A stretch of DNA of 50,501 nucleotides, from positions 1-50,501 of the forward strand of contig JALIDP010000003.1 of the NCBI GenBank assembly GCA_022865215.1. The letters are read 5' to 3'. This DNA is from Candidatus Nanohalarchaeota archaeon QJJ-7. GTDB lineage: Archaea; Nanohalarchaeota; Nanosalinia; Nanosalinales; Nanohalalkaliarchaeaceae. Positions 1 to 10,230 of this stretch are shown one piece after another. A program made the position numbers and the translations under genes. The notes beneath the pieces are model-generated. The model did not search any database. It was given only the letters and a program-made list of their open reading frames with translations, and had not been told where the DNA came from. The stretch's first letter is position 1. Every line of letters begins with the position of its first letter.

Positions 1-2
1 AG

Positions 3-1028
3 GATAGTACGAAAGATCAGGGGAACGGTATCCGTGAGGCGGAAAACGGTTCCAGGTTCCTCCTTACTACAGAAGTAGAGGACAAAAACCGCGTTCACCT
101 CCTCCTGTTCCCTTCTTCAGGGGCTGCGGAAGATGTATACCAGGAATTCCAGCAGTTCTCCTCCGATATAGACAGGGAAGGGAGACCGAGACCGGATATT
201 ACGGGAGAAGAAATAGATCAGGTGTGCAAGAGAAATGGCGTCCTGATCGGCCCTTGCCATGCATTCACCCCTTGGACCGCATTATACAGTAAGTTTGATT
301 CTTTACAGGGTTGCTGCGGGAACAGCACTGATGTGTTGTCGTTCCTGGAGCTCGGGCCCTCCTCTGACACCTCTCTGGCCGATTCTATAAGCGAACACCA
401 CGACATGACTTTCGTCAGATTCTCGGACGCTCACTGCCCATGGCCGCACCGACTCGGACGCGAGTTCACACGTTTTGAGTTGAACGAACTCTCGTTCAGT
501 GAACTGGAGAAAGCTTTCGAGAGGAAAGGAGGGAGAAAGACGACACTCAACGTGGGTTTCGACCCGCGGGAAGGCAAATATCACTGTACTGCATGCAACG
601 ACTGCTACCAGAAGTACAGCCTAGAACAGGCGGAGAGGTTCGGATGGGTCTGCCAGGAATGCGGTCGAACGATCAAGAAAGGGGTGAGGGACAGGATCCA
701 GGAGCTGGCGGACACAGATGTAGGAGATTCTCCGGATTTCAGGCCGAGATATGTCCATCTTTTCCCATTGGCAGGGATTATACAGGAGGTAGTCGGGCAT
801 TCTTCCCCCACGACAAAGACTGTTCAGAAGATCTATGACGATTTCCAGGAAAGGTTCAGTTCCGAGATAGACATACTTACTGAAAAGGCTATAGAAGAAC
901 TGGAGGGAATAAACCAGGAATTCACGGATGCTGTGAAGAAGTTCAGGAGCGACAGTATCGTTATCGTTCCCGGCGGGGGAGGATCTTACGGGGAACTAGT
1001 AATCCCTAGTGACAGTGAAGAGAAGTAG
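3..1028 (+). CDS. PHP-domain/Zn-ribbon nuclease, Endonuclease Q (TIGR00375-like) family; 5'-truncated by window edge
   Basis: Frame is open from base 3 (…TEVEDKNRVHLLLFP…GRPR…). Motifs HAFTPW, LELG, SDAH-P-PHRLGRE, P-EGKYH-TAC-xx-C, C-xx-CG-IKKGV-DRI-ELAD and RP-Y-H-PLA match EndoQ as I recall it. Confidence 0.8.
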   Translation, partial: DSTKDQGNGIREAENGSRFLLTTEVEDKNRVHLLLFPSSGAAEDVYQEFQQFSSDIDREGRPRPDITGEEIDQVCKRNGVLIGPCHAFTPWTALYSKFDSLQGCCGNSTDVLSFLELGPSSDTSLADSISEHHDMTFVRFSDAHCPWPHRLGREFTRFELNELSFSELEKAFERKGGRKTTLNVGFDPREGKYHCTACNDCYQKYSLEQAERFGWVCQECGRTIKKGVRDRIQELADTDVGDSPDFRPRYVHLFPLAGIIQEVVGHSSPTTKTVQKIYDDFQERFSSEIDILTEKAIEELEGINQEFTDAVKKFRSDSIVIVPGGGGSYGELVIPSDSEEK

Positions 1029-1105
1029 AGAATCGAAGAGAGACGTAAAGACGAGCTGGAATGTCTGTATTCACCGAGCCAGAAAAAGCTCCAGGAATTC
1101 TAACC

Positions 1106-1951
1106 TTAAGTCTGGTCCCCAGAAAGACCTTTAAGGATGAAAGAGGTTCCAAGCTCCTCCTGGTAATCATATGAGAGAGTCAGGCGAGGACGGTAGTTCG
1201 TCTTGGCGGATACAGGGGGGACATCGAAAGTCTTCGTAACAGTCCTACTACCGTCTACCAGTCTCTTGTCCCCGGATTCCTGATCCCCGAAAAGCGTCAG
1301 TTCGTAATGCACCTTACCATCCACCTCACCATCACCTGTGTCTCGTATGACGAACGGTACCGATATCTCCTGATCGCCGACCGCTCTGGGAGATGATAAC
1401 TGTATATCGGCTGATACTGGTGCAGCGGTGTTATCCGTGCTCACAGATGAAGGGTTACCAACATCGTCTTCAGGAGGTACCACGCTGAACTCTGCCTCCG
1501 CAGAGGTTTCGTAGTCATAAGTTACTTCCACGCCGGCCTGGAACGGAGAGGTCTCTCCCTCCCTTAGATTCATGGAACCTGGATAACTGCAGGTCCAGAC
1601 AAGCGAGGTCTTGCCACCGGGCTGGTTGACTGATTTCAGGACACCGGACAGATCATTTGCCTCCTTATCGACACCGCCACAATTACTGCTGTCAAGGAAG
1701 CTAGCGCCGTGGAGACTGGCTTTGGCGGTATCTACTGTTTCCTGCCCCGTATTCTCTACATCCAGTTCAAATATTATCTGCTCTCCTTCCGAGTAAGGAC
1801 TTCCAGGAGCATCTAAAGATAGGGAAAGACCGTCGTTAGGGGTCAAACGGAAATCGCGGTCTGGACCGGTATCCGCTGTATTTAGGGGCGATGTACAACC
1901 AGCTAACAGAACAACCAAGATCAATGAAAAGAGAGTTAGACTGGTTCTCAT
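1106..1951 (-). CDS. Lipoprotein, two beta-sandwich domains, paralog 1 of local family
   Basis: Signal peptide with lipobox LLAGC; shared motifs DGL, ENTGQ, GASF, QPGG, AGV-V-Y-Y, N-A-PV, G-G-V and terminal Y-Y. Confidence 0.8.
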   Translation of the reverse strand: MRTSLTLFSLILVVLLAGCTSPLNTADTGPDRDFRLTPNDGLSLSLDAPGSPYSEGEQIIFELDVENTGQETVDTAKASLHGASFLDSSNCGGVDKEANDLSGVLKSVNQPGGKTSLVWTCSYPGSMNLREGETSPFQAGVEVTYDYETSAEAEFSVVPPEDDVGNPSSVSTDNTAAPVSADIQLSSPRAVGDQEISVPFVIRDTGDGEVDGKVHYELTLFGDQESGDKRLVDGSRTVTKTFDVPPVSAKTNYRPRLTLSYDYQEELGTSFILKGLSGDQT

Positions 1952-2121
1952 GCTTTCCCTGTACTTTGAGAGGGACGGGCAGCAATTTATATTTTGGGTC
2001 TGAAAAGGTTCAATACCTCCAGTCTGACTTTATTCCTCTTGGATCATTGCATGCGGCCCTTAATCGTTGTGATAATCTGATTACTGGAAAATGAACATCT
2101 AGAGAATCGCTCGGAACCATT

Positions 2122-2994
2122 TCAGCCGCCAGGAAGTTCCTCAACCTTGAAAGTCGTGGCAGTGGTCTCTGTGTAAGTGTAGCCCAGCTCCATTTTGAGG
2201 TTAAGAGTGGTCTCCGGGACTACAAGATCGGAGGGGAGAGATACATGGCAAATCACCTCGCGTCTGTCATCGTAAAGAGGCACATCTCCTCCACATCTGC
2301 TTACAGAAGCATCAGAGTTCGGCAGAGAGGCATCGATGTTGACACTATCTACCTCACCTTCACCGATGTTCTGTATCGTTACAGGTACTGATATCTCCAC
2401 ACCCCCATCACCTATGACCGGCTTGGGAGTCGTCATATCGACTGATGCATGGACCGGTGAAGCAGAGTTATCAGCAGATACCTCACTGTTACCTCCATTA
2501 AAGTCTTCCCTCGGAACTATCGTGAAAGGTGCCGCGACTGTCGTACTGTACTTATAGGAAACTTCCACCCCTGCATCAAAACTCCTCTCCCCCCCGCTCA
2601 CTAGTGAAGCATCTGCAGTCGGAGTCCATTCCGGAAGCGCTCTCTCTCCAGGCTGTTCTGCAGCCCTGTCAACTCCCTGAAGCGTCCCTACATACTCATT
2701 TCCTGAGATAAAGCTGGCTCCGAAAAGTTGGGCTTCGATATTCTCGGCTGTTGCCTGCCCCGTATTCTCGATCTCCGCCTCCAGGATCATCTGCTCCCCG
2801 TTCTGGTACCGGGACTTGAGGGAACTGAAGGATACTGTCAAGCCATCTTTAGGGGTGAATTCAAAACTTCTCTGCGGTTCCTCAGAAGTATCGTCCTGTC
2901 CGGGGATCGACGTGCATCCAGCAAGAGAGATCGAAATGATGATAAGAGCTATACTGTAATATCTCATCCTTCGCTCTAACCCCTTTAACGGCAT
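2122..2994 (-). CDS. Lipoprotein, paralog 2
   Basis: Lipobox SLAGC and the same motif series as 1106-1951. The start may be the later ATG (MRYYS). Confidence 0.8.
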   Translation of the reverse strand: MPLKGLERRMRYYSIALIIISISLAGCTSIPGQDDTSEEPQRSFEFTPKDGLTVSFSSLKSRYQNGEQMILEAEIENTGQATAENIEAQLFGASFISGNEYVGTLQGVDRAAEQPGERALPEWTPTADASLVSGGERSFDAGVEVSYKYSTTVAAPFTIVPREDFNGGNSEVSADNSASPVHASVDMTTPKPVIGDGGVEISVPVTIQNIGEGEVDSVNIDASLPNSDASVSRCGGDVPLYDDRREVICHVSLPSDLVVPETTLNLKMELGYTYTETTATTFKVEELPGG

Positions 2995-2997
2995 TAT

Positions 2998-3921
2998 TCA
3001 GCCTTCCAGCCCTTCCACAGTGAACGTTGTTTCCTGGGTCTCGAAGTAAGGGTATTCAAGAGTGGCTTCAAGGTTGAGCTGGGTCTCAAAGACGTCCGGA
3101 CTCACCGAGGCCGTACATATCACGCGCCGAGAACCGTCATAAAGTTGCACATCCTCTCTCCCGGTTTCCTCATTTTCTTCATTTCCGTCTTCTTCTCCAC
3201 AGGTATCGATTGCGAAGTCCTCGCCGGAGTTCGCGAACCCGACTTCCAGAGCCACGTTACCTTCATCCCCCTCAAGGTTGTTAGCTACCTTGCCATCCCC
3301 AACGTTCCGGATCTGGACCGGGATGCTAACACTCACAGAATCTTCTTCTGTATCGGAAACAGGCTTGGGAGAAACTACATCGAACTCCGCCTTAAGAGGG
3401 CCTGCCGTGTTCTGTGTTGTGACGGTGGTGCTCTGCTCATCGAAGTCTGCACGAGGAACGACCGTCATATCGGCAGTGGAGGTCGTGGAATATCTATACA
3501 GCACCCTGACACCTGCAGGATAGTCCTGTGTAGCCCCTACATCCAGATTGACCGGGTTGGATATCCGCCATTCTTCCGATGTCTGGCCTCCTGGTTGCTG
3601 GGCCGCCTTGTCTGCTCCGCTCAGAGTACCTAACTCCTTATTTTCCCCTGTCAGAAAACTGGCGCCGTAGAGACTGGCCTGGATAGCTTCAGCCTCCTTC
3701 TGACCTGTGTTCTGGAGGTTCAGACGTAATGCTATAGGTTCTCCCTCATCGTAACTATTCGAAAGAGACTGGAACGAAATCGATAGACCATCGTTCTGTG
3801 TTATTCTGAAACTCGTATCAGGACCGTCCTCGTCTCCCCCATCATCTCCAGGTAGGGCGGTACAACCTGCAAGAAGGATCGATAAACCGAGAAAAGCCAC
3901 CATAAAATATTTGCTCTTCAT
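2998..3921 (-). CDS. Lipoprotein, paralog 3
   Basis: Lipobox LLAGC and the same motif series; 3 bp from the next gene. Confidence 0.8.
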   Translation of the reverse strand: MKSKYFMVAFLGLSILLAGCTALPGDDGGDEDGPDTSFRITQNDGLSISFQSLSNSYDEGEPIALRLNLQNTGQKEAEAIQASLYGASFLTGENKELGTLSGADKAAQQPGGQTSEEWRISNPVNLDVGATQDYPAGVRVLYRYSTTSTADMTVVPRADFDEQSTTVTTQNTAGPLKAEFDVVSPKPVSDTEEDSVSVSIPVQIRNVGDGKVANNLEGDEGNVALEVGFANSGEDFAIDTCGEEDGNEENEETGREDVQLYDGSRRVICTASVSPDVFETQLNLEATLEYPYFETQETTFTVEGLEG

Positions 3922-3968
3922 GGGTATCTACTAGGAAGTTATCAACTAGGTATTTATAACTTACGACT

Positions 3969-4006
3969 ATCTTCCATATCTAAATAAATCTTCCATATCT
4001 AAATAA
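3969..4006. repeat. Perfect 19-bp tandem duplication ATCTTCCATATCTAAATAA x2 in a divergent promoter region
   Basis: 3969-3987 is identical to 3988-4006. Confidence 0.9.
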
Positions 4007-4029
4007 AAATAGAGGGAATAGAGCGGTAT

Positions 4030-4980
4030 ATGGAGCGGGCTCTTCTGTTCAGGGCGTCGAGCGTGATCATCGGATTGATAGCAGGGATCATAGCTTTTCC
4101 GCAGATATTCTATGACCGGTTCATCTGGAAATATTTCTGGGGGCCTATAGTAGCTGACGCTTCAGGTAACGCGACAGTGGTTTACAACGGTGTAGTGGCC
4201 CAAAGTGGATACACCCTGGTGAACGAGATCGGGTATGCGCTCCTACTCATCGCCAGCATATTTATCCTTGTAAGACTGCTGAAAAGGCTCGATAAAGGCG
4301 GAGAAAGGCGTTTCGTGCTTTCTTTTACCCCTTTCGTTATAGGGGGAGGACTCCTCAGGGTCGTAGAGGATTCTGGCACTGTTTCGGGTCCTCTCGAGTA
4401 CCTCCTCATCTCTCCGCTGATATATTTCACCATGTTCTTCATAGCCGTTTCCGGCCTCTTAATCGCTTTTTACGTAGAAAGACGTACATCTGTTGACTAT
4501 CGCAAGATAGTGTTCGGCCTGGGAACGGTTTTCTCGACCTTTATCGGGATCTTCCTTTTCTTCTCTCTACCGGTCATGAACCTTTGGATGATTCCTGCGG
4601 CCCTCGGCATCACTGGTATACTGACCTTCACAGTCTTCGGTTTCAACCGCATCACGGGAAACCTCGAGGAGCTGGTCTCGGCAGAGAACCTTGTCGTTCT
4701 TTCAGGGCATCTCCTTGACGGCAGTGCAACTTCCCTATCAATCGAGATTCTAGGGTACGGGGAGAAACACCCGGTTGTCAGGTTGTTCATAGAACTCACA
4801 GGCAGCGCCTATATGTTTATCCTCCTGAAACTGTTCGTGATAGGTGGAATAATCTACTACCTTGGGAAGGAAAGGGACCCCGACTCACCTCGGTTCTACA
4901 ACCTTATCCTGCTCGGCATCCTCGCGGTCGGTCTAGGACCTGGAACGAGGAACCTGGTAAGAGCCTTATTCGGTATCTGA
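4030..4980 (+). CDS. DUF63 family polytopic membrane protein
   Basis: About 8 hydrophobic segments; motifs GYTLVN, PF-GG-LRV-D, H-LDG-AT, GY-EKHP and GLGPGTR. Confidence 0.8.
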   Translation: MERALLFRASSVIIGLIAGIIAFPQIFYDRFIWKYFWGPIVADASGNATVVYNGVVAQSGYTLVNEIGYALLLIASIFILVRLLKRLDKGGERRFVLSFTPFVIGGGLLRVVEDSGTVSGPLEYLLISPLIYFTMFFIAVSGLLIAFYVERRTSVDYRKIVFGLGTVFSTFIGIFLFFSLPVMNLWMIPAALGITGILTFTVFGFNRITGNLEELVSAENLVVLSGHLLDGSATSLSIEILGYGEKHPVVRLFIELTGSAYMFILLKLFVIGGIIYYLGKERDPDSPRFYNLILLGILAVGLGPGTRNLVRALFGI

Positions 4981-5850
4981 AACGACTGAAAGACCGGTAT
5001 CAGATAATCTGGAGTAGGAGTACTGAACGTTCATATCGAGACTGTAAGAGGTGGCCTCCTGTATGCTGGAAGAGTCTTTCTCTTCGAACCTACACGTTAT
5101 ATGTGTAGTCTTTTCGGATTCGAAGAACTCCACTTCCCGGCAATTCACTGGTTCGAATATATCGGTGAAAGATCCTGAATAGAATAGGTCGACACTCTTC
5201 ATGCCATTTTCCTTCTTTATACTCCCTGGACCAACGTTGGAAATAGTGATATCTGCAGTAATAGTTCTTTTCTCAGAGTCAGCCCGGACCCCCTCAGGTA
5301 ATGAAAGCGATACATCCATAATCCCGTTGGTGAAACTATAGGTCTTGACCAGTTCAGATTTCGGTGCGACCTCCTCGCGGCCAACGACCTTTATCGGGTC
5401 CCGCGTGGTCAGGTTCGTCATATACTCCATATTGACAGTTACAGGGTAACTTGTCTGGCTTACCCCCGAAGGTAGGTCTCCTACAGAGATATCCCACTGA
5501 CACAGCTTTACAGGGGAGACGTCCCTCGGTTCTATGAGAGAATATTCGCAGGCACAACGATCACTGCAGGCCCCCTCCCCTATAACCCTGGCGCTGACGG
5601 AGTTTCGGGGCCCGGTATTGGATAACCACGCCTCGAAATCTTTCAGTGGGACAGTATTACTGTTAGAAACACGGAGGATGAACGATGTTTCAGAATTCTC
5701 GTAGATCTGTTGCTCGGTAAATGAGGACTGGAGGACTTCGAGTTCCCCCGCTGACTCTTTCGTGCCAGTATTATCGCCGTTTTGAGAGGGGAGACTTGTA
5801 CATCCAGAAACAATGATTACAGCTACCATCATTATGATTATCTTTCTCAT
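4966..5850 (-). CDS. Lipoprotein, distant paralog 4
   Basis: Lipobox IVSGC; NVGPG-I and terminal YSY motifs; paired cysteines. Confidence 0.7.
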   Translation of the reverse strand: MRKIIIMMVAVIIVSGCTSLPSQNGDNTGTKESAGELEVLQSSFTEQQIYENSETSFILRVSNSNTVPLKDFEAWLSNTGPRNSVSARVIGEGACSDRCACEYSLIEPRDVSPVKLCQWDISVGDLPSGVSQTSYPVTVNMEYMTNLTTRDPIKVVGREEVAPKSELVKTYSFTNGIMDVSLSLPEGVRADSEKRTITADITISNVGPGSIKKENGMKSVDLFYSGSFTDIFEPVNCREVEFFESEKTTHITCRFEEKDSSSIQEATSYSLDMNVQYSYSRLSDTGLSVVSDTE

Positions 5851-6809
5851 CAGCCTTCCACCGGGTTCACGGCTATGGTCCGGGTACCCAGATCCACCTC
5901 ATACCTTAGTTTGGACGTATAACCCACCCAGTTTACAACTGATGACTCTTTCAACGATAAAGTCTCGTTCCTGCACACTCTTCTGTAACTCTGTCCTTCC
6001 CTCTCCCCCCCTCCGTACATCCGTAGATTATCGTTCGAAGGTTCACAACTTTCAGAACTCAGCAGCTCAGAGTCCGGGTTTATAGAGAAGATATCCATAA
6101 TCTCCCCTCTACCAACGTTCTCGATGTATGCTTTCGTTACAAGCGTCCTGTCACCTGATGCCACGAAGCTTTCAGGTGATTCGACAACTAGTCTAACCGG
6201 TTTCTTAGAAGTCGTAGAGGTGGAAAGCTGCCTCACCTCCGAGACCCCTTCCGAATCCTTCAACTGGATCTGGTTCCTAGACTCTATAGTCTGATTGAAA
6301 CCTATCTCGAACTCCATAGGACATTTCCATCCGAGGCTAGGGACATCCTCGTTACCAGGGACGACTGCAAGCTCCCATTCCAGCATCAGCTCCTCCTCCC
6401 CCTCCAGATGGACCTTCTCCCAGGGTTTATCCCCATCCCAGGCCTCACGAGTATCAAGGTTCCCGCTGGAACCGTTCCTTACAGTATAACCTGTTATATT
6501 AGCTATTTTCTCGTTGCACTTCGATACCATTACCTCCCTGCCTAGACGTCCCAGACTCACTTTCATCCCAGAATCCCCGTTGTTCTCCACGTTAAGTCTT
6601 ACCCTTGCCGGGGAGTCATATTTGGTGAAAGGCCCGGAAGAACAGGTCTGGTCTGCTAACTGACAACCTGGACCTTCTATCTGGACTATGTCCGGCTTGT
6701 CTTCAGTCTCCCGTTCCTGAAGCACTGTACATCCTGCCAGGAAAACTGTCAGAGCCAGGAAAAAGACCATGATATACGTTTTATCAGTCTTCATTTGAAC
6801 CTTCTGCAT
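5850..6809 (-). CDS. Lipoprotein, distant paralog 5
   Basis: Lipobox FLAGC; VENNG, PV-L and ENVG-G-I motifs; paired cysteines; stop overlaps the next start. Confidence 0.7.
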   Translation of the reverse strand: MQKVQMKTDKTYIMVFFLALTVFLAGCTVLQERETEDKPDIVQIEGPGCQLADQTCSSGPFTKYDSPARVRLNVENNGDSGMKVSLGRLGREVMVSKCNEKIANITGYTVRNGSSGNLDTREAWDGDKPWEKVHLEGEEELMLEWELAVVPGNEDVPSLGWKCPMEFEIGFNQTIESRNQIQLKDSEGVSEVRQLSTSTTSKKPVRLVVESPESFVASGDRTLVTKAYIENVGRGEIMDIFSINPDSELLSSESCEPSNDNLRMYGGGEREGQSYRRVCRNETLSLKESSVVNWVGYTSKLRYEVDLGTRTIAVNPVEG

Positions 6810-8724
6810 ACTTTACTGTGTTTTCCAGGTTTACACGGATCGACATGTTCATGCTGCAACCTATCGTCTTTTTATCACCTTCTACCGTGACTTCTCTCTC
6901 GAAGTCCTCCGGCTGGATCTGCGCCTCTCCTCCCTCGACATCGTATGTTCCCTCCAGATCGGTCAGATGTTTCGTGCCTTCACCCGTACAATCTGTCTGG
7001 GCCTCGAATATCCTGAAGCTTTCGGCCCGGTCACTGAGGTCAGGATTCAGGTTAGCCCCAGCACTTATTGTTATATCTTTCCGATATTGGTCTCCCTGTC
7101 TCGCCAGCTCATCGAACCCGGTAAATAGAGATCCGCCACAGTCTGCATACATCACCGGAACTACAGGCGTGGTCAACGCCGAAGTTCTCTGCTTCTGGAA
7201 GTCTATACCCTGTTTCTTCACAGTTCCACAGTTCTCCTTGCGCCACGACTCTCTCTCACCTGGATCAAGTTCTCCCCAAGAGGGTTCAGTCCACACTTTC
7301 AGAAGATTGTTACCACTAGACCATCTGCTCGAGTCCGTGAAAGCCGCCTCCACACTGTAGTTGTAAGAGACATCCACGTTCACATCGTGGTTCCTTTTAA
7401 CGCGGACACGATTATCTCCAAGAGAATCACTGAAGTGAACTGCAAGTGAGTCTGGCATAGCATCTGCGACCGGAGTATCCAGCGTTTCTGCGATCATCGC
7501 AAGACGTTCGGGCTGGAGGTTTCCTCCCTCAGATTCAAGATCCTTCTCTATCGTGCCTACAGCGTTCACACATTCGGAAGAGTACGCCGCCTCAGACCCA
7601 TTATCCACATCATCGCCATCTTCAGGTTCTATATCGAAATCACTGTCTAGTTCGTCTCCCGCACAGTTCTTCTTCACTTCCTGCAGCTTTTCTCTTATCT
7701 CTTGGTCAGTCATGGTGGATTCTGCATTGACAGCAGGGAACAGGAAGTTCCCCTCATCATTCTCCTCGAACTCCACGTAACGCGTCTCACTGTTAGGGAT
7801 ATAGGAGACATTATCCCATGCTGAAGCCACCTCCTTGTCAAGATACTGGAAACCAACGCTCACGTTAACGTCTTCAGCCGGGACATCCAGGGGACGTCCC
7901 TGCAGGTCGTTCACCATAGTGTTAGTCAGGGGGATAAAGACCCTGAGATGGCTGTCATCAGTGTCGATATTGAAGGGTTCTATGATAGTATTCCCGAGTT
8001 CGACCACAACAGGATCAGTTACCTTCTCGCTCTTAGCCGCAGCATCACATTCTGCAATCTTATCCTTCACACACTGCGATACAGAGGCGGAACCTGTAGC
8101 TGCAGAGTATACATTTCCACCTAGATAGAGGTCGGCGGCACATTGAATCTCAGCCATCCTCTTGTTATGACACGGGTCAAACTGGTTCTTGACAGACTGG
8201 GGTACACCCCCCACAACTCCGGAAACAGCGCTTATAGGCTCGCTTATAGCATTGTAACCGGCCTCTCCCACGAGACCTCCTATATTCGCCCATTTTCCGC
8301 CGAATACGGTGAAAAACACCAATAGTATACCAATCAAAGCTAGTATAACCACTACGACGATTTTCTGTTTTCCACTGAAACTTCCTCCGCCCAAAACCTC
8401 CTCGAGGAGGTTAAAAACGGCGTAAAGGAGGAATACCACTCCCAGTATTAGTAGCAAAGATAGAGGATTGGACCCGGCAAATTTGTACTGGGTCAGGACA
8501 ATGGCCACAAGATAAATAACCAGTGCAACCCCCGTAGTTATCACAGCCGCCGATTTATGGTCTCCAAGGTGTAAGTACACTCCTCTCCAGATAGCGACCA
8601 CATAGAGTATCAGAACTATAACGGCCAGAAAAGCATTTCTCGGCATCAAGAAAATGACGGCAATTATCGAAATGACGACAAGGATGCCGGTTGCTACCAC
8701 CGTGGCAAGTTCTTTCTTGTTCAT
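6784..8724 (-). CDS. Membrane protein with about 5 N-terminal TM helices and a large Cys-containing extracellular domain
   Basis: Hydrophobic first ~145 aa; acidic remainder with V-V-YNY and TPV motifs reminiscent of the lipoprotein family. Confidence 0.7.
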   Translation of the reverse strand: MNKKELATVVATGILVVISIIAVIFLMPRNAFLAVIVLILYVVAIWRGVYLHLGDHKSAAVITTGVALVIYLVAIVLTQYKFAGSNPLSLLLILGVVFLLYAVFNLLEEVLGGGSFSGKQKIVVVVILALIGILLVFFTVFGGKWANIGGLVGEAGYNAISEPISAVSGVVGGVPQSVKNQFDPCHNKRMAEIQCAADLYLGGNVYSAATGSASVSQCVKDKIAECDAAAKSEKVTDPVVVELGNTIIEPFNIDTDDSHLRVFIPLTNTMVNDLQGRPLDVPAEDVNVSVGFQYLDKEVASAWDNVSYIPNSETRYVEFEENDEGNFLFPAVNAESTMTDQEIREKLQEVKKNCAGDELDSDFDIEPEDGDDVDNGSEAAYSSECVNAVGTIEKDLESEGGNLQPERLAMIAETLDTPVADAMPDSLAVHFSDSLGDNRVRVKRNHDVNVDVSYNYSVEAAFTDSSRWSSGNNLLKVWTEPSWGELDPGERESWRKENCGTVKKQGIDFQKQRTSALTTPVVPVMYADCGGSLFTGFDELARQGDQYRKDITISAGANLNPDLSDRAESFRIFEAQTDCTGEGTKHLTDLEGTYDVEGGEAQIQPEDFEREVTVEGDKKTIGCSMNMSIRVNLENTVKYAEGSNED

Positions 8725-8727
8725 TCT

Positions 8728-10182
8728 CTATCCAAACAAATTAATATCATCCTCATTACCCGAGTTTTCATTCTCTTCTCCACTGGGACCTTCACGCTCT
8801 GAATCTTCATCCTCTTCTTCCTTCGCCACCGCATCTCTTGCACGTTCTCTAAATCTCCCTGCAGATCTTTTAGCCCTCATAGCGCTTCCACGAGCGAAAG
8901 CGTGCTCGTGTTCCAGATGGAACAGGTCAAAAAGCGCTATAGGCCCTATGATAGCTGTTAAAACGAGTGTCCATGTGAGGAAGGTTTCCGCCAGAGATGG
9001 AAGAAAAGCATACATAACAACCGTCGAAACCCCTGAAAGGATAGCCAATAGGAACAATAATTCGATAGAAGCAGATAAAAAAGCTCCTTCCTTGGCCATT
9101 CCACGACCTATACGCATAAATGAATGGAAGAACGCGCTCCATCCTCCCCCACCCCCGTAGGATTCGGGTAGAACGTAGAAAGTTGTCAATACAGAGGTTA
9201 AAAACATCGCTCCCATTCCTAGAGTCAACCTTCCTGCCAAGAGAGACAGTATCCAGTTCGCCGATGTTAAGGCCCACAGTGGGATGAAGATTAGGGAAAG
9301 AAAGTCGTTATCGACTTTTGAGACCGCGACCGCTGCCGCTGCCAGTCCACCTCCTATGGCTATAATATCCAGAGGTGCCCCGCCTACATAAATCATAGCG
9401 ACCATCGCCAATATCGCAACAGCCCCCAGGAGTTCCTTAACAGTCGTGAGTCCTCTTCCCCGATTATCCACATCTCTCCAATCACTTTCGATGGGAAACA
9501 TCCCTCTCTCTTTAGATTCTTCGGCATCTCTCCTGGCGGCCTCTCTCTCGGCGGCCTCCTCAACAGACTGCCGGGCAGCCCCTGAATAGCTCATCTTACC
9601 TGCTTCGGGACGGTAATCTCCTTCATGTTCTCCCTTGTAATATCCCTCTGAACCGACCTCTTTATCCGGTTTTTCTGGCTTTCTCTCCTCGGTACGTTCG
9701 AATCCTTCCCCTCCACCTACCTCCGTTTCAACAACCTCTTCACTTTCCACCGAACCCATGAAAGCTCCTTTGGCATGCCAAGCGCCTCTGGACTGGCTGT
9801 AATGCTCCACTTCTTCCACTTCTACCCTTACGGTCTCTCCAGTGTGATAACTTATATCTTCACGCGGGTTCTTGAGAGTGAGCAGAATCCCGAAACCATG
9901 AAGCTCAGAGGGATGAATCAGGATGACTGTAGGCTTATTCCCTTCCTTTCCCTGAATACTGGTAAACTCACCCTTCCAAACTCCGGAACTGGGACGAGGA
10001 ACCCCTTCACCTCCAGAACCTCCTCCGCCTGAAGGTGAAACCTCTCCCTCTCCACCTCCATCCGAACCAAACGGCTCATCAAATAAATCTTCCGGATTTT
10101 TATCTTGAGCGTTATCCCAACTTTCCGAAGCATCCTCCGCTATCTTCTCGGCTTCCTGACTCTCTTCTATAGCATCTTGCAT
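8728..10182 (-). CDS. Membrane protein with acidic N-terminus, possible TRAM/OB-like beta-barrel and about 6 C-terminal TM helices
   Basis: 484-aa ORF in an operon; segment GETVRVEVEEVE…HAKG; hydrophobic block around aa 250-430. The start may lie at 10221. Confidence 0.65.
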   Translation of the reverse strand: MQDAIEESQEAEKIAEDASESWDNAQDKNPEDLFDEPFGSDGGGEGEVSPSGGGGSGGEGVPRPSSGVWKGEFTSIQGKEGNKPTVILIHPSELHGFGILLTLKNPREDISYHTGETVRVEVEEVEHYSQSRGAWHAKGAFMGSVESEEVVETEVGGGEGFERTEERKPEKPDKEVGSEGYYKGEHEGDYRPEAGKMSYSGAARQSVEEAAEREAARRDAEESKERGMFPIESDWRDVDNRGRGLTTVKELLGAVAILAMVAMIYVGGAPLDIIAIGGGLAAAAVAVSKVDNDFLSLIFIPLWALTSANWILSLLAGRLTLGMGAMFLTSVLTTFYVLPESYGGGGGWSAFFHSFMRIGRGMAKEGAFLSASIELLFLLAILSGVSTVVMYAFLPSLAETFLTWTLVLTAIIGPIALFDLFHLEHEHAFARGSAMRAKRSAGRFRERARDAVAKEEEDEDSEREGPSGEENENSGNEDDINLFG

Positions 10183-10230
10183 CTCCTCAAGCTTATCTTC
10201 ACCATTATCGTTATCTGCGATCTAGACCAC

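Noticed and set aside
8280-9400. Lower GC suggesting foreign origin
   Set aside because: Coincides with Ile/Leu/Phe-rich TM segments, which can account for it.
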